DNA from: Roseibacillus sp.
Lineage (GTDB): Bacteria; Verrucomicrobiota; Verrucomicrobiia; Verrucomicrobiales; Akkermansiaceae
DNA length: 64,000 nt
Direction: 5' to 3'
Assembly: GCA_965242925.1 (NCBI GenBank)
Contig: CBDEUM010000013.1
Location: 1-64,000, forward strand
Of this stretch, positions 19,755 through 31,359 are shown in pieces. The notes beneath the pieces are model-generated. The model was not told the origin of the DNA. It ran no database searches and saw nothing but the letters and a program-made list of their open reading frames with translations. A program made the translations under genes and the position numbers. Every line of letters begins with the position of its first letter. The stretch's first letter is position 1.

Positions 19755-20807
19755 CTACGATTCATTGACGGCCGAATCCAAGGGATCCCCCCCGGAACCG
19801 GAACTTCCCCCTCCCGCCCCCCGGTTCTCGGTCCATCGTCGGAACAATTCGTCGGCCACCACTCCAACCAGGATAAAGATCCCGATCACGGTAAACTTGG
19901 ACTTCTCCTCCACCCCAAGGAAGAAAACCGCCTTCTCGGCCACTTGGACCAACGCTGCTCCGCAGATCACTCCGAAGATGGCTCCCTCCCCACCCCGCAG
20001 GCTGCACCCGCCCAGGACCGCCCCGGCAATGGCGTAGAGTTCATAAAAGTTCCCGAAGGAGGAAGGCGTGGCTCCATTGGTGTCGAGAACGAAGAGCATT
20101 CCGGCAAAGCCCCCGAGAAGCGAACAGATCATGTAGGCCGCGATCTTGACCCGATCGGTCTTGATCCCGCTGAACTTCGCCGCTTCCTCGTTGTGCCCGA
20201 TCGCAAGGAGATAACGTCCGAAGACGGTCTTGTTGAGCACGATGGCGGCAACAACACCGATGATGATCAGGACCACGAACGACATCGGGATGAAATCAAA
20301 GAGCTTGTATTTCACGAGGGCATCCTTGAGGCCGCTGAATTCGCCTCCGAATCCCTGGGTCTGATCGTTGCCGGCAGCCCGTGCCAGCCCGCGGTAAATG
20401 AACAGCCCACAGAGCGTCACCAGAAAAGGCTGGAGCCCGAGCTTGGTCACCATGAGGCCGTGGAAGAGACCTATTCCAAGGGAAATCAGAAGGACCAGTC
20501 CGAAGGCGAGGGGGACGGACACCGGCTCGGAGAAGAAGATTTTCCCCTTCAATAACATCGGAAGCATCACCCCGGAAAGTGCGATCAGGGAACCGATCGA
20601 GAGGTCAATCCCCCCGGTGATGATAACGAAGGCGACTCCGATCGAGATGATCCCAAAGAGCCCAATCCAGCGCATGGTGTTGGTCAGGGTCGCTGGATCC
20701 CGGAAGGATGGCTGCAGGAGACTGGTGGTAACGAAAAGCAATACGAGTAATCCGAAGATCACGAGGAGCTTGGGGTTTTCCCTTATGATTTTCTTCAATG
20801 ACTCCAT
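19755..20807 (-). CDS. Monosaccharide ABC transporter permease (RbsC-like)
   Basis: GGIDLSIGS, PFLVTL, GRYLLAIGHNEEAAKFSGI, YELYAIAGAVLGG. Confidence 0.92.
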   Translation of the reverse strand: MESLKKIIRENPKLLVIFGLLVLLFVTTSLLQPSFRDPATLTNTMRWIGLFGIISIGVAFVIITGGIDLSIGSLIALSGVMLPMLLKGKIFFSEPVSVPLAFGLVLLISLGIGLFHGLMVTKLGLQPFLVTLCGLFIYRGLARAAGNDQTQGFGGEFSGLKDALVKYKLFDFIPMSFVVLIIIGVVAAIVLNKTVFGRYLLAIGHNEEAAKFSGIKTDRVKIAAYMICSLLGGFAGMLFVLDTNGATPSSFGNFYELYAIAGAVLGGCSLRGGEGAIFGVICGAALVQVAEKAVFFLGVEEKSKFTVIGIFILVGVVADELFRRWTENRGAGGGSSGSGGDPLDSAVNES

Positions 20808-20808
20808 C

Positions 20809-22320
20809 CTATTCTCCTCCGGTGGCAAGTTGCATGATTCCCTCTTCTGAAAACTCCGGGTCATCCCGGGAAACCTCTCCGGCGACCCGGCCCTCGTGCA
20901 TCACGATCACCCGGTCCGAGATACGGAGAACTTCCTCCAGTTCACTCGAAATAGCGAGGACGGCCGCACCCTCGGACGTCATTTGATCGATCACCTCGTA
21001 AATTTCGCTCTTGGAACCCACGTCGATGCCCCGGGTCGGCTCGTCGAGGAGAAAAATACGCGGCCGGAGCGGCATCCACTTTGCCAGAACGACCTTCTGC
21101 TGGTTGCCTCCCGAAAGCATGGCAACCTGCTGCCTGATACTGGGGGTCTGGATGCGCAGGGACTCCCGGGCCTCCTCTGCCCGCTTGTCGATCTGGCGAT
21201 CCTTGACAAACCCGGCCTGCTGCCAGCGATTCATTCCTACCATCGCAACGTTATCCCGAATGGCAAGGTTGAGGATGACTCCCTGTGCCTTGCGATCCTC
21301 GGGCACGAGGGCCAGCCCCGCCCGGATGGCGTCCTGCGGATGCTTGATTGAAACCGGTTGCCCATTCACCCGGACCGCGCCGCCCAGCGAACGGTCGATT
21401 CCGAAAATGGCCCGTACTACCTCCGTACGACCCGCCCCTACCAGTCCGGCCATCCCTACCACCTCTCCGGACCGCAACTCGAAACTCACCGGCACATCCG
21501 GAAACCGTGCCACCCTCAGGTCTCGCGCTTCCAGCAGGACCTCCCCAGTCTCCCCGCCGGTCTTTTGGTGCACCACCAGTTTCCGTCCCACCATGAGAGA
21601 TACGATGCGATCGCGGCTGATCTCCTCCCGGCCCAGTTCTCCGCTGTTCCTGCCATCCCTGAGCACAATAACCCGGTCTGCAATCTCCTCCACCTCCGCC
21701 ATCCGGTGAGAGATGAACACGATGCACATCCCCTCATCGCGGAGCTTCTTCACAAGACGGAAGAGCACGCGGGTCTCGTGGAGAGACAACGAGCTGGTGG
21801 GTTCATCCATGATGAGAATGCGCGCCTTCTGGGAAAGCGCCTTCGCGATCTCAACCATCTGGCGATGCCCGATGGAGAGGTCCCGCACCAGCGTGTCCGG
21901 AGCGATGTCGAGCTCAAGGTCTCCCAGTAGTTTCCGGGTGTGAGCCCGGATTTCGCGTTGATTGAAGAATGGTCCCAGGATTCGCGGCTCACGCCCTAGG
22001 TAGACGTTGGCCCCGATATTGAGATTTTCCGCAAGGTTCAATTCCTGGTGGATGAAGGCAATTCCCAGGTTCTCTGCGGCCCGCACGTCGGGGATCTGGA
22101 TCACCTCCCCATCGACCGCGACTTCGCCCTCATTTGGTTGATGAACACCGGCAAGGCACTTCATGAGAGTGCTCTTGCCCGCCCCGTTCTCCCCCATGAC
22201 AGCCACGATTTCCCCTGCATGAAAAGAGGCACTCACCCCTTCAAGAGCACGCACTCCCCCGAAGCGCTTGCTGATCGCGCGGGCCTCTAGCAGTGGCTGA
22301 GAGTCCAGGTCCGCAGCCAC
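20809..22320 (-). CDS. Monosaccharide ABC transporter ATP-binding protein (RbsA-like, two NBDs)
   Basis: GENGAGKST, MDEPTSSL, PEDRKAQG, LSGGNQQK, LDEPTRGIDVG. Confidence 0.95.
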   Translation of the reverse strand: MAADLDSQPLLEARAISKRFGGVRALEGVSASFHAGEIVAVMGENGAGKSTLMKCLAGVHQPNEGEVAVDGEVIQIPDVRAAENLGIAFIHQELNLAENLNIGANVYLGREPRILGPFFNQREIRAHTRKLLGDLELDIAPDTLVRDLSIGHRQMVEIAKALSQKARILIMDEPTSSLSLHETRVLFRLVKKLRDEGMCIVFISHRMAEVEEIADRVIVLRDGRNSGELGREEISRDRIVSLMVGRKLVVHQKTGGETGEVLLEARDLRVARFPDVPVSFELRSGEVVGMAGLVGAGRTEVVRAIFGIDRSLGGAVRVNGQPVSIKHPQDAIRAGLALVPEDRKAQGVILNLAIRDNVAMVGMNRWQQAGFVKDRQIDKRAEEARESLRIQTPSIRQQVAMLSGGNQQKVVLAKWMPLRPRIFLLDEPTRGIDVGSKSEIYEVIDQMTSEGAAVLAISSELEEVLRISDRVIVMHEGRVAGEVSRDDPEFSEEGIMQLATGGE

Positions 22321-22323
22321 CTG

Positions 22324-23367
22324 TTACTTGGCGGGCTTGCCCGCGAGTTCATCGAGCAACCCGTCGCGGCGCTGGATCGAGTTGAGCTGGTCGATCTTGC
22401 CCACATAAAGCATGATCTTTCCTCCCTCGGGCATGGATTTCTTGATGAGCTTCCCAAGCTCGCGCCCGGCCTGGTAGTTCTCCGTCCCAAGGAAAAAGAG
22501 GCGCTTCGAATCCGGAGCGTCGCTGTCGTGCGTAATAAGTGGCAGCTGGTCAGCCGCGTTGTTAATCATCTCGGTCTGGTTGGCGGGATTCAGAACGCTG
22601 ATTGCAATCCCCTTGCACTCTCCCTTGTTGAGGATGTTCTCCACGATCTTCTTCTGCCCGGCGATATCGCCCGCGCTGTTCATCTGGAATTCCACGGCAA
22701 CTCCAAACTTCTTGGCGGCAACATAACATCCGGCCTCGGCATGACTCCAGAAGGGGTCCGCCACGTTTGTGATGAAAGCGAACTTGGGAGCATCCGCAGG
22801 GGCTTCGGCGCCCTTGGCTGCTTCGCCGGCTGCCAGCCGATCCACCACCCCCTTGCGGAATTCCTCCACGTTATCCTTCACGATCGTCCGGATCGGCACC
22901 GGAATATTCTTCCCTTCGTTGAGCTTGGGCATCTCGTCATCCACTACGATGCCCTTGAGGTATCTGATGGAGTCGTATCCAAATAGATAGGGATCCTGCA
23001 CGATCGTGCCCTCGCAGTGCCCCTCCTTGATAGCGTCCAGGGCCACCTCGTCCTCATCAAAGGAGAAGACCTTCACGGCACCCAGTTTGCCAGCATCCTT
23101 GAGAGCCTCGAGACACTGGGGCGCATTGTAGGCCCAGAGGCCGACCATGGCGTCGACTTCGGGATACTTGCCGAGGGTATTCTCCGCATTCTTCTTGGCC
23201 AGGGAACGGTCTCCGTTATCGGTCTGGACCTCGTCAAGGATGGTGAATTTGCCGAAGGTTTTCCCCTTGAGGGAATCCTCGGCATCCTCGCCCTTGCCCC
23301 CGCAACCGGTCAGCGCCACACATCCCACACTGACAATCCCGAGAACCAGTCCTTTTGCTGCTTTCAT
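22324..23367 (-). CDS. Sugar ABC transporter substrate-binding lipoprotein, circularly permuted
   Basis: Lipobox LTGC. Contains all recognisable type I periplasmic-binding-protein segments, but the usual C-terminal half precedes the usual N-terminal half (see findings). Confidence 0.85.
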   Translation of the reverse strand: MKAAKGLVLGIVSVGCVALTGCGGKGEDAEDSLKGKTFGKFTILDEVQTDNGDRSLAKKNAENTLGKYPEVDAMVGLWAYNAPQCLEALKDAGKLGAVKVFSFDEDEVALDAIKEGHCEGTIVQDPYLFGYDSIRYLKGIVVDDEMPKLNEGKNIPVPIRTIVKDNVEEFRKGVVDRLAAGEAAKGAEAPADAPKFAFITNVADPFWSHAEAGCYVAAKKFGVAVEFQMNSAGDIAGQKKIVENILNKGECKGIAISVLNPANQTEMINNAADQLPLITHDSDAPDSKRLFFLGTENYQAGRELGKLIKKSMPEGGKIMLYVGKIDQLNSIQRRDGLLDELAGKPAK

Positions 23368-23485
23368 GAGAGCCATGCAAGGAAAGCCCCGGGAAACTGT
23401 CCAGCAGAATTGCGCTTCCGGAAGGGTCTTTAAGCCTTCCCTCATCTTGGAATCATCAAAAACACCCGGAATCGAACAGCAGGCC

Positions 23486-23508
23486 TGACGCTCAACTCTT
23501 AAGCGTCA
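23486..23508. promoter_or_regulatory. Inverted repeat upstream of the sugar ABC operon (possible operator)
   Basis: TGACGCT-N9-AGCGTCA, perfect 7-bp arms about 120 bp upstream of the binding-protein start. Confidence 0.3.
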
Positions 23509-23612
23509 TGGATTCTCACAGGACCCGAAAGACCTCTTCGCCATGGCCGGCGGGGGATTTGCCGCCCACGCTTCTTTCTCTCCAGAAAAGGGAGGAGATC
23601 CCGCCGGCACCG

Positions 23613-24203
23613 CTACGCATGACGCTGTCCCAGCCACACCCCACCCAGCAATCCGGCTAGATGAGCCTCCCACGAAATGTGATCTCCCTCCGGGAAAATT
23701 CCCCCGATCATTCCTCCGTAAACCACCGCCACCACGATACCGACCACCGCCCAGACGAGTCGCCGTCCCCAGATCGCCCGGGCAAGAATGTAGCCGAAGT
23801 AGGCATAAATCAGTCCGCTGGCCCCGATGTGGACACCCTTGGCAGCATGGCCCAGGTCAGCAATAGCCCAGGTCCCGAATCCGCTGATCAGGACGAGAAT
23901 GAGGGTGGTGGTCGCAAACCGCCTCCCTTCCGCCAGGATCACGATCACCCCCAGCCCGAGCAGGGCGACGGTATTATTCAGCAGATGATCCCAGCCACTG
24001 TGCAGCCAAGGCATGAAAATGACCCCTGTCAGCCCGACAATGGTACGCGGTATTACTCCGTATAGGTCTAGATCCGGAGCAATGTTCTGGTCAATGAGTT
24101 CGACAATCCACGCAATGACGATCAGGCCAGCGAGGAGCCCTAGACCGGGATGTCCCCTCCTTCCCCGGCCACCCGTCCGGACCTCAATTGTTCGTGCGCG
24201 CAT
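23613..24203 (-). CDS. Rhomboid-family intramembrane serine protease
   Basis: HSGWDHLLNN, HIGASG (catalytic Ser), ISWEAHLAG (catalytic His); multi-TM. Confidence 0.9.
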   Translation of the reverse strand: MRARTIEVRTGGRGRRGHPGLGLLAGLIVIAWIVELIDQNIAPDLDLYGVIPRTIVGLTGVIFMPWLHSGWDHLLNNTVALLGLGVIVILAEGRRFATTTLILVLISGFGTWAIADLGHAAKGVHIGASGLIYAYFGYILARAIWGRRLVWAVVGIVVAVVYGGMIGGIFPEGDHISWEAHLAGLLGGVWLGQRHA

Positions 24204-24316
24204 CGGGGAATCTGAAGGTTCACGTGGCAGGTTGCACATGATCACACCTGTCACAACCATTATGCCCGGACAAAGCACAACTTGAAACCTCCAACTTGAA
24301 CCCCGAGACTTTTCCC

Positions 24317-25159
24317 ATGCTCACCCGCTTTGCACCCAGCCCCACCGGCCGGCTGCACCTTGGCCACGCCTATGCCGCCCTGGTAGCCCGTGAGCTGGCG
24401 GATCGCAAAGGCGGATCGTCCCTCCTGCGTTTTGAGGACATCGATCACTCCCGGATCCGGACGGAGTTCTATGCGCTTATCGAAGAGGACCTCCAGTGGC
24501 TGGGCCTCACATGGGAGGGAGCAGCACTCCGCCAGTCCGATCGGCTGGAGAACTACAACCGCGCCCTTGACCGCCTCCGCGACCATAAGGTGATTTATCC
24601 CTGCTTCTGCACCCGACGCACCATCGAAGACGAGATCACCCGCATGGCCACCGCGCCCCACGGACCGGAAGGATCACTCTATCCCGGAACCTGCCGCGTT
24701 CTCAGCACCGACGAGCGGGCCGGTCGTATCGCCCGCGGAGAACCCCACGCCTGGCGCCTCGATTCCGAACGGGCGGGGAAGTTGTGCGGGGATCTCACCT
24801 TCCACGATCTCCGCTCCGGACCCCGGCCGGTCCACCCCGGTGAACTCGGTGACGTCGTCCTCGCCCGCAAGGACATCGCCACTTCCTACCACCTCGCAGT
24901 GGTGGTGGACGACGCCGAGCAGGAGATTACCCTCGTCACCAGAGGCGAGGATCTTCTGCCCTCCACCCACGTCCACCGCCTTCTGCAGGTTCTCCTTGAA
25001 TACCCCGAACCACTCTATCTCCATCACGAACTCATCCGAGACGAAAACGGTAAGCGGCTAGCCACTCGCGATCATGCCCTCTCCCTCGCCCACCTGCGGG
25101 AGTCGGGAATGAGCCCGGAAGCTATCCTGGACCGCCTCCCTTCCGTGCCTGCCTGCTAG
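24317..25159 (+). CDS. gluQ: tRNA glutamyl-Q(34) synthetase GluQRS
   Basis: TRFAPSPTGRLHLGH, YPCFCTR, YPGTCR, YHLAVVVDD, RGEDL; short, with no anticodon-binding domain. Confidence 0.9.
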   Translation: MLTRFAPSPTGRLHLGHAYAALVARELADRKGGSSLLRFEDIDHSRIRTEFYALIEEDLQWLGLTWEGAALRQSDRLENYNRALDRLRDHKVIYPCFCTRRTIEDEITRMATAPHGPEGSLYPGTCRVLSTDERAGRIARGEPHAWRLDSERAGKLCGDLTFHDLRSGPRPVHPGELGDVVLARKDIATSYHLAVVVDDAEQEITLVTRGEDLLPSTHVHRLLQVLLEYPEPLYLHHELIRDENGKRLATRDHALSLAHLRESGMSPEAILDRLPSVPAC

Positions 25160-25214
25160 TAAAAAGCAGGCCGGTGAAACTTGAATCCTGGAACTGACAG
25201 CTTAAAAGAGACTC

Positions 25215-25745
25215 ATGGACGACATCAAGATCACGCTCAACACCTCCAAGGGTGCCCTCGACATCTCACTCTACGCGGGTGACACCCCGGTCACCTGTGC
25301 CAGCTTTCTCAACCTCGCCAAGGGAGGATTCTACGATGATCTGATCTTCCATCGTGTCATCTCCGGTTTCATGCTTCAGGGAGGGTGTCCTGAGGGGTCC
25401 GGGCGTGGAAACCCGGGTTATCAGTTCGAGAACGAGTGCCTGCCCCATCGCAGCCACGACAGCGCTGGCAAGCTCTCCATGGCCAACGCGGGACCCAACA
25501 CCAACGGGAGCCAGTTCTTCATCACCCACACGGCCACCCAGTTCCTCGACGGAAAGCATACCGTCTTTGGGGAGGTGACCGGCGGACAGGAGGTGGTCGA
25601 TGCCATCGCCGCCACCGCAACCGGTCCCGGCGACCGTCCGGTCGAGGACATCACCATCAACTCAGTCACCATCCACGACCCGACCGACGACCTCTTCGCC
25701 GCCCAGAAAACCCGGATCGACGACTGGAACGCGGCGCTGGGATAG
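25215..25745 (+). CDS. Cyclophilin-type peptidyl-prolyl cis-trans isomerase
   Basis: FHRVISGFMLQGG, LSMANAGPNTNGSQFFIT, LDGKHTVFG. Confidence 0.95.
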   Translation: MDDIKITLNTSKGALDISLYAGDTPVTCASFLNLAKGGFYDDLIFHRVISGFMLQGGCPEGSGRGNPGYQFENECLPHRSHDSAGKLSMANAGPNTNGSQFFITHTATQFLDGKHTVFGEVTGGQEVVDAIAATATGPGDRPVEDITINSVTIHDPTDDLFAAQKTRIDDWNAALG

Positions 25746-25771
25746 GGAATACGTCCCCGGGGGACACGGTC

Positions 25772-28177
25772 CTACTTCTGCAATTCCTCCAACTCCTTCT
25801 CGAGTTCACGGAGCTGCTCCTCCACCCGGCGGAGTTCCCGCAGGACGCGCGCACGCTCTTTTTCCCTGCCCTCTGGATCAGGAGCGGGAGCAGGCTTGTG
25901 CGGGACCGCGGATTCCTCCGGCTCTTCTCCCTCCGATCCCTCCACTCCGTCGAGAAGCTCAAGGAGATCCTCGGTGGGAATGGCCAGGGTCTTCACTCGT
26001 CCGGCACGCGAAACATTGATCCCCACGCAGCGTCCCTGCAGATCAAGAAGGGGCCCTCCACAGAGCTTCGGGTCCAGCGGAATGTCGTGCTGCAAGGCCA
26101 GCGGAAAGCCGGAAAGACGCGTGGAAAGTGGACCGCTCATCTCGTTCATGCGCCGGAACCGACCGGTGCTTTGCTCCTCCGGTCGCGCAGCCAGTTTCAC
26201 CCTGATTTTTTCCTCGTCCTCCCCCCGGCGATAGGTGAACTCCACCTCATCCCCCGCCCGATAGGTCCGGATCTTGTTTCCGAAAGCGAAAGGATCCATG
26301 AGGGCGAGACCATCCACATGCGTGATCACATCATCGGGACGGAGACCTGCCTCCTGCGCCGGGCTCCCCTCCACGGTGCGCACGATAACCACTCCTCCGT
26401 CTCCCTCCCCGGCCTGAATCCCAAGGAACCCAACCTCGCCCAGGGCGCGGGTCAGCACGCTGATCAGTCCGATTCCGAGGGGTTCGCCCTCAGGATCAGG
26501 CGAGGTGAGCAGCGTTCCGATGGGACTCTGCTTCTTCCCGGTCCACCGGACCGGCTCCAATCCATTGGACGGGCCCTGGTACAACGCAAGGTCACGCTTC
26601 GGAAAGCGCTTCACCAGCTTCAGGGGCACATCCCTGCCGTCTTCCGGACGGGAAATCTTCCCCTTGAGGGTCTCGGTGCTCTTGGTGAGAATGTGTCCCT
26701 TCTTTGAAACAACGGTGCCGAGTGCCCCGAGGGCCCCGTCCACCTGCACTGCCACAACCGACCTCGCGGCCTTGCCGGTGACCGGCTGAAGCGCCTTCAT
26801 GGTGGACTCAAAAAAGTCGTCTGGACCGCTTTGAATCTCGAGCTCCAGCATGTCTCGCAGTCCTTCCGGGCCAATCGACTCGGCAAGTTCCCGCAGCACC
26901 CGCTCAAGTTCAGCCATCCCCCCCAGTTTCTCCAACTGCTTTTCGTCCAGATCGAGGTTGCCCTTACGCAGCGATTCCCTGAGGAGTTCCTCCACTTCCC
27001 TGCGAGCCTGCCCGGACTTCTCCCCGTCCTCGCCGGGCTTCTCTTCCGCCTTCGGCTCTTCCTCCCCGGAATCGTCCTTCGGTTCCGCTTCTCCGCCTTC
27101 GCGAGGGCGCTCCCGGTTCCGCCGTCCCCGGCGTTCGCGACCCGGTCCCTCCGGAGGAGCCTCCAGAAGATCTCCAAGACGGACCAGCTTGATCTCGATC
27201 TCCTCCTCCCCGTCCCCGCGTTGATAGGAGATCGTTAATTTCTCCCCGGCCTTGAATTCACTGACCGACCGCACCAGCTCCTCCGGGGTGTTGACCACAT
27301 CACCATTGATCTCGGTAACCACATCACCCGCCTGCAAACCTGCTTTCTGCGCCGGAGAATTCTCCATTACCCCCTCCAGGGTCACGCCCCCGTTCTCAGC
27401 TGGCCCGGCCAGATTGATACCAAGCACGGGACGATCGGGATCGATGCGTTCCTCTCTGCCTGCAAAGCGGGCACCACTGCGCTTGCCCGCCACCATGTCG
27501 TCCCAGCTCTTCAGGAACACGCCGATGGGCACATGCCGGTTCTCGGTCAGGGTGGACCCGATGTTGGAGTGGATCCCGATCACTTCCCCCTTCATATCGA
27601 AGAGCGGCCCCCCCGAGTCTCCTCCCACCACCGCGCAGTCAGTCGTGACGAATTGGCCGTTTTTCAAGACCCGGCCCAGTCGCACCGGCGGTGTCCGCAT
27701 GGGATCAAATCCTCCTGGATGACCCAGAGCCACACACCATTCGTTACGTAACAGGTTCTCACTCTTACCCACCTTCACGAAGGGATAGTCTCCCTCGTCC
27801 GTTATCCTTATCATGGCCGCATCACGGTCGTAGTCGCCACCGAGTTTTTCTGCCTTGGCCCTTTTCCCATCCGGAAAAATTACGATGATCTCCTCCGAGA
27901 GGGATGCCACCACATGGGCCGCAGTCAGAATCAGGCCCTCCTGACTCACGATTACTCCGCTGCCCGCTCCCCCTGCACCGATGGAAACCAGGGAAACCGT
28001 GGCTGCCGCACTCGACTGGGAAAGGGAGACCAGCTTCTCGTTCAACTTCCGCAGGTCTCCCAGTCCATCCACCAACGGGGCTTCCTTTATTTCCCAGGCA
28101 GCGGACGGGGCTCCAAGACCGGCCAGAAGCAGGCCCGAAATCGAAATGGCTAGCAGGGGTTTCAAGTGATTCTTCAT
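25772..28177 (-). CDS. Secreted HtrA-like trypsin/PDZ protease with a second, degenerate protease-PDZ unit
   Basis: Signal peptide MKNHLKPLL. First domain LTAAH / DRD / GGDSGGP, then PDZ, charged linker, second trypsin-like unit with an inserted PDZ, and a C-terminal coiled coil. Confidence 0.85.
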   Translation of the reverse strand: MKNHLKPLLAISISGLLLAGLGAPSAAWEIKEAPLVDGLGDLRKLNEKLVSLSQSSAAATVSLVSIGAGGAGSGVIVSQEGLILTAAHVVASLSEEIIVIFPDGKRAKAEKLGGDYDRDAAMIRITDEGDYPFVKVGKSENLLRNEWCVALGHPGGFDPMRTPPVRLGRVLKNGQFVTTDCAVVGGDSGGPLFDMKGEVIGIHSNIGSTLTENRHVPIGVFLKSWDDMVAGKRSGARFAGREERIDPDRPVLGINLAGPAENGGVTLEGVMENSPAQKAGLQAGDVVTEINGDVVNTPEELVRSVSEFKAGEKLTISYQRGDGEEEIEIKLVRLGDLLEAPPEGPGRERRGRRNRERPREGGEAEPKDDSGEEEPKAEEKPGEDGEKSGQARREVEELLRESLRKGNLDLDEKQLEKLGGMAELERVLRELAESIGPEGLRDMLELEIQSGPDDFFESTMKALQPVTGKAARSVVAVQVDGALGALGTVVSKKGHILTKSTETLKGKISRPEDGRDVPLKLVKRFPKRDLALYQGPSNGLEPVRWTGKKQSPIGTLLTSPDPEGEPLGIGLISVLTRALGEVGFLGIQAGEGDGGVVIVRTVEGSPAQEAGLRPDDVITHVDGLALMDPFAFGNKIRTYRAGDEVEFTYRRGEDEEKIRVKLAARPEEQSTGRFRRMNEMSGPLSTRLSGFPLALQHDIPLDPKLCGGPLLDLQGRCVGINVSRAGRVKTLAIPTEDLLELLDGVEGSEGEEPEESAVPHKPAPAPDPEGREKERARVLRELRRVEEQLRELEKELEELQK

Positions 28178-28454
28178 AATTGGGGTAGTGATTCTTCCAG
28201 ACTGCCACGACAGGCCTCCGTTCTTTCTAAGCGCTCGGGGCGGCATGTGCTGTTGATAATAGATTTCCATTTCTGCCTGCCGTCAACCGGGGTTGGGACG
28301 AATTTACCGGGAAGTTACTGAATTTTGGAGAATTGACGAGCAGCGACTCAACCGGAGGGCGGACCCCCGTTCCCTGAATCAGTTGTCGATCTCCCTCACC
28401 CCGGCTTCACGCAAAATCCTTGCCCAGCGCCGACATTTCCGCAACCTCCGCGCC

Positions 28455-30428
<1,974 letters not shown>

Positions 30429-30433
30429 CGCCT

Positions 30434-31285
30434 CTACCTGATGGAGAAGCGGAAGGGCACGCGCACCTGTGAGCTGACCGGCCTGCCATCTTTTCGGGCG
30501 GGAGAGAACGACCAGCGCTTGACCGCGGAAATAGCGGTGGAATCAAGGACACCGCTTCCGGAAGAACTGAACACGCGGACCGAACCCACCCGGCCGTTGC
30601 TGTTGATCTGGACATCCAGCATCACCCGGCCTTCCACCTTGTCCCGGCGGGCAGTTTCGGGATAACCCGGCTCGTAGCGCCGCAGGACGCTCGCAGGGCG
30701 CGAAGGGCCCTTGGAGCCGGTCGCCTTGGGAGCTGATCTGGTTTTGTCGCTCGACCCGATTTTCTGCAGTGGAGGGGGCTTGGGGGTCGAGCGGGCCACC
30801 TTCTTCTCCGGTTCGGTCTCGGGAACCGGGAACGGCACTTCAGACTCCTCCAGCATCTCAGTCGGATCGTAGGGTTCGACAGTCGGGGCCACGGAAGGCG
30901 CCTGCACGATCTGTGCCTGCAGCGCAGGCACTGGCAGGAGGGCCATCGCCCGGGGAGCGACCGGAGGCGCCCTCTTGACGAGAAGGCGCGCGGTCGGTGT
31001 CGCCTCAGACTTGCTCCGCTCCAACTCCGCATGAGTGAGGCCAATAACAGGCGCATCAAACTCCGGAGCTGCCAAGATGGCCGGCAGGATCCAGATGCGC
31101 AGTCCGATTGCCACCAGCGAAAGGGTAATCACAGCTATGACCGATGAAACCCAGAAGGGAAAGGGACGCGCCTCACACGGGACGGTGGAAGATCCCTGCA
31201 CAAGGTTGAGACCGGCAGGCTTGCTCCTGTCCGGACCGAACCAGCCATCGGGATGTGAAAGCGGGTTACTCACGCTATGCACCAC
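30434..31285 (-). CDS. tonB: Energy transducer TonB
   Basis: N-terminal TM, Pro-rich spacer, YPETARRDKVEGRV...SSGSGVLD...WSFSPA...VPFRF. Confidence 0.85.
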   Translation of the reverse strand: MVHSVSNPLSHPDGWFGPDRSKPAGLNLVQGSSTVPCEARPFPFWVSSVIAVITLSLVAIGLRIWILPAILAAPEFDAPVIGLTHAELERSKSEATPTARLLVKRAPPVAPRAMALLPVPALQAQIVQAPSVAPTVEPYDPTEMLEESEVPFPVPETEPEKKVARSTPKPPPLQKIGSSDKTRSAPKATGSKGPSRPASVLRRYEPGYPETARRDKVEGRVMLDVQINSNGRVGSVRVFSSSGSGVLDSTAISAVKRWSFSPARKDGRPVSSQVRVPFRFSIR

Positions 31286-31359
31286 AAACGTGGCCTATCC
31301 AGTCCGTCTTAGTCAATTACGAAGCGGACGAGACGGACAGGTGGGCAGTTTCTGTCCTG

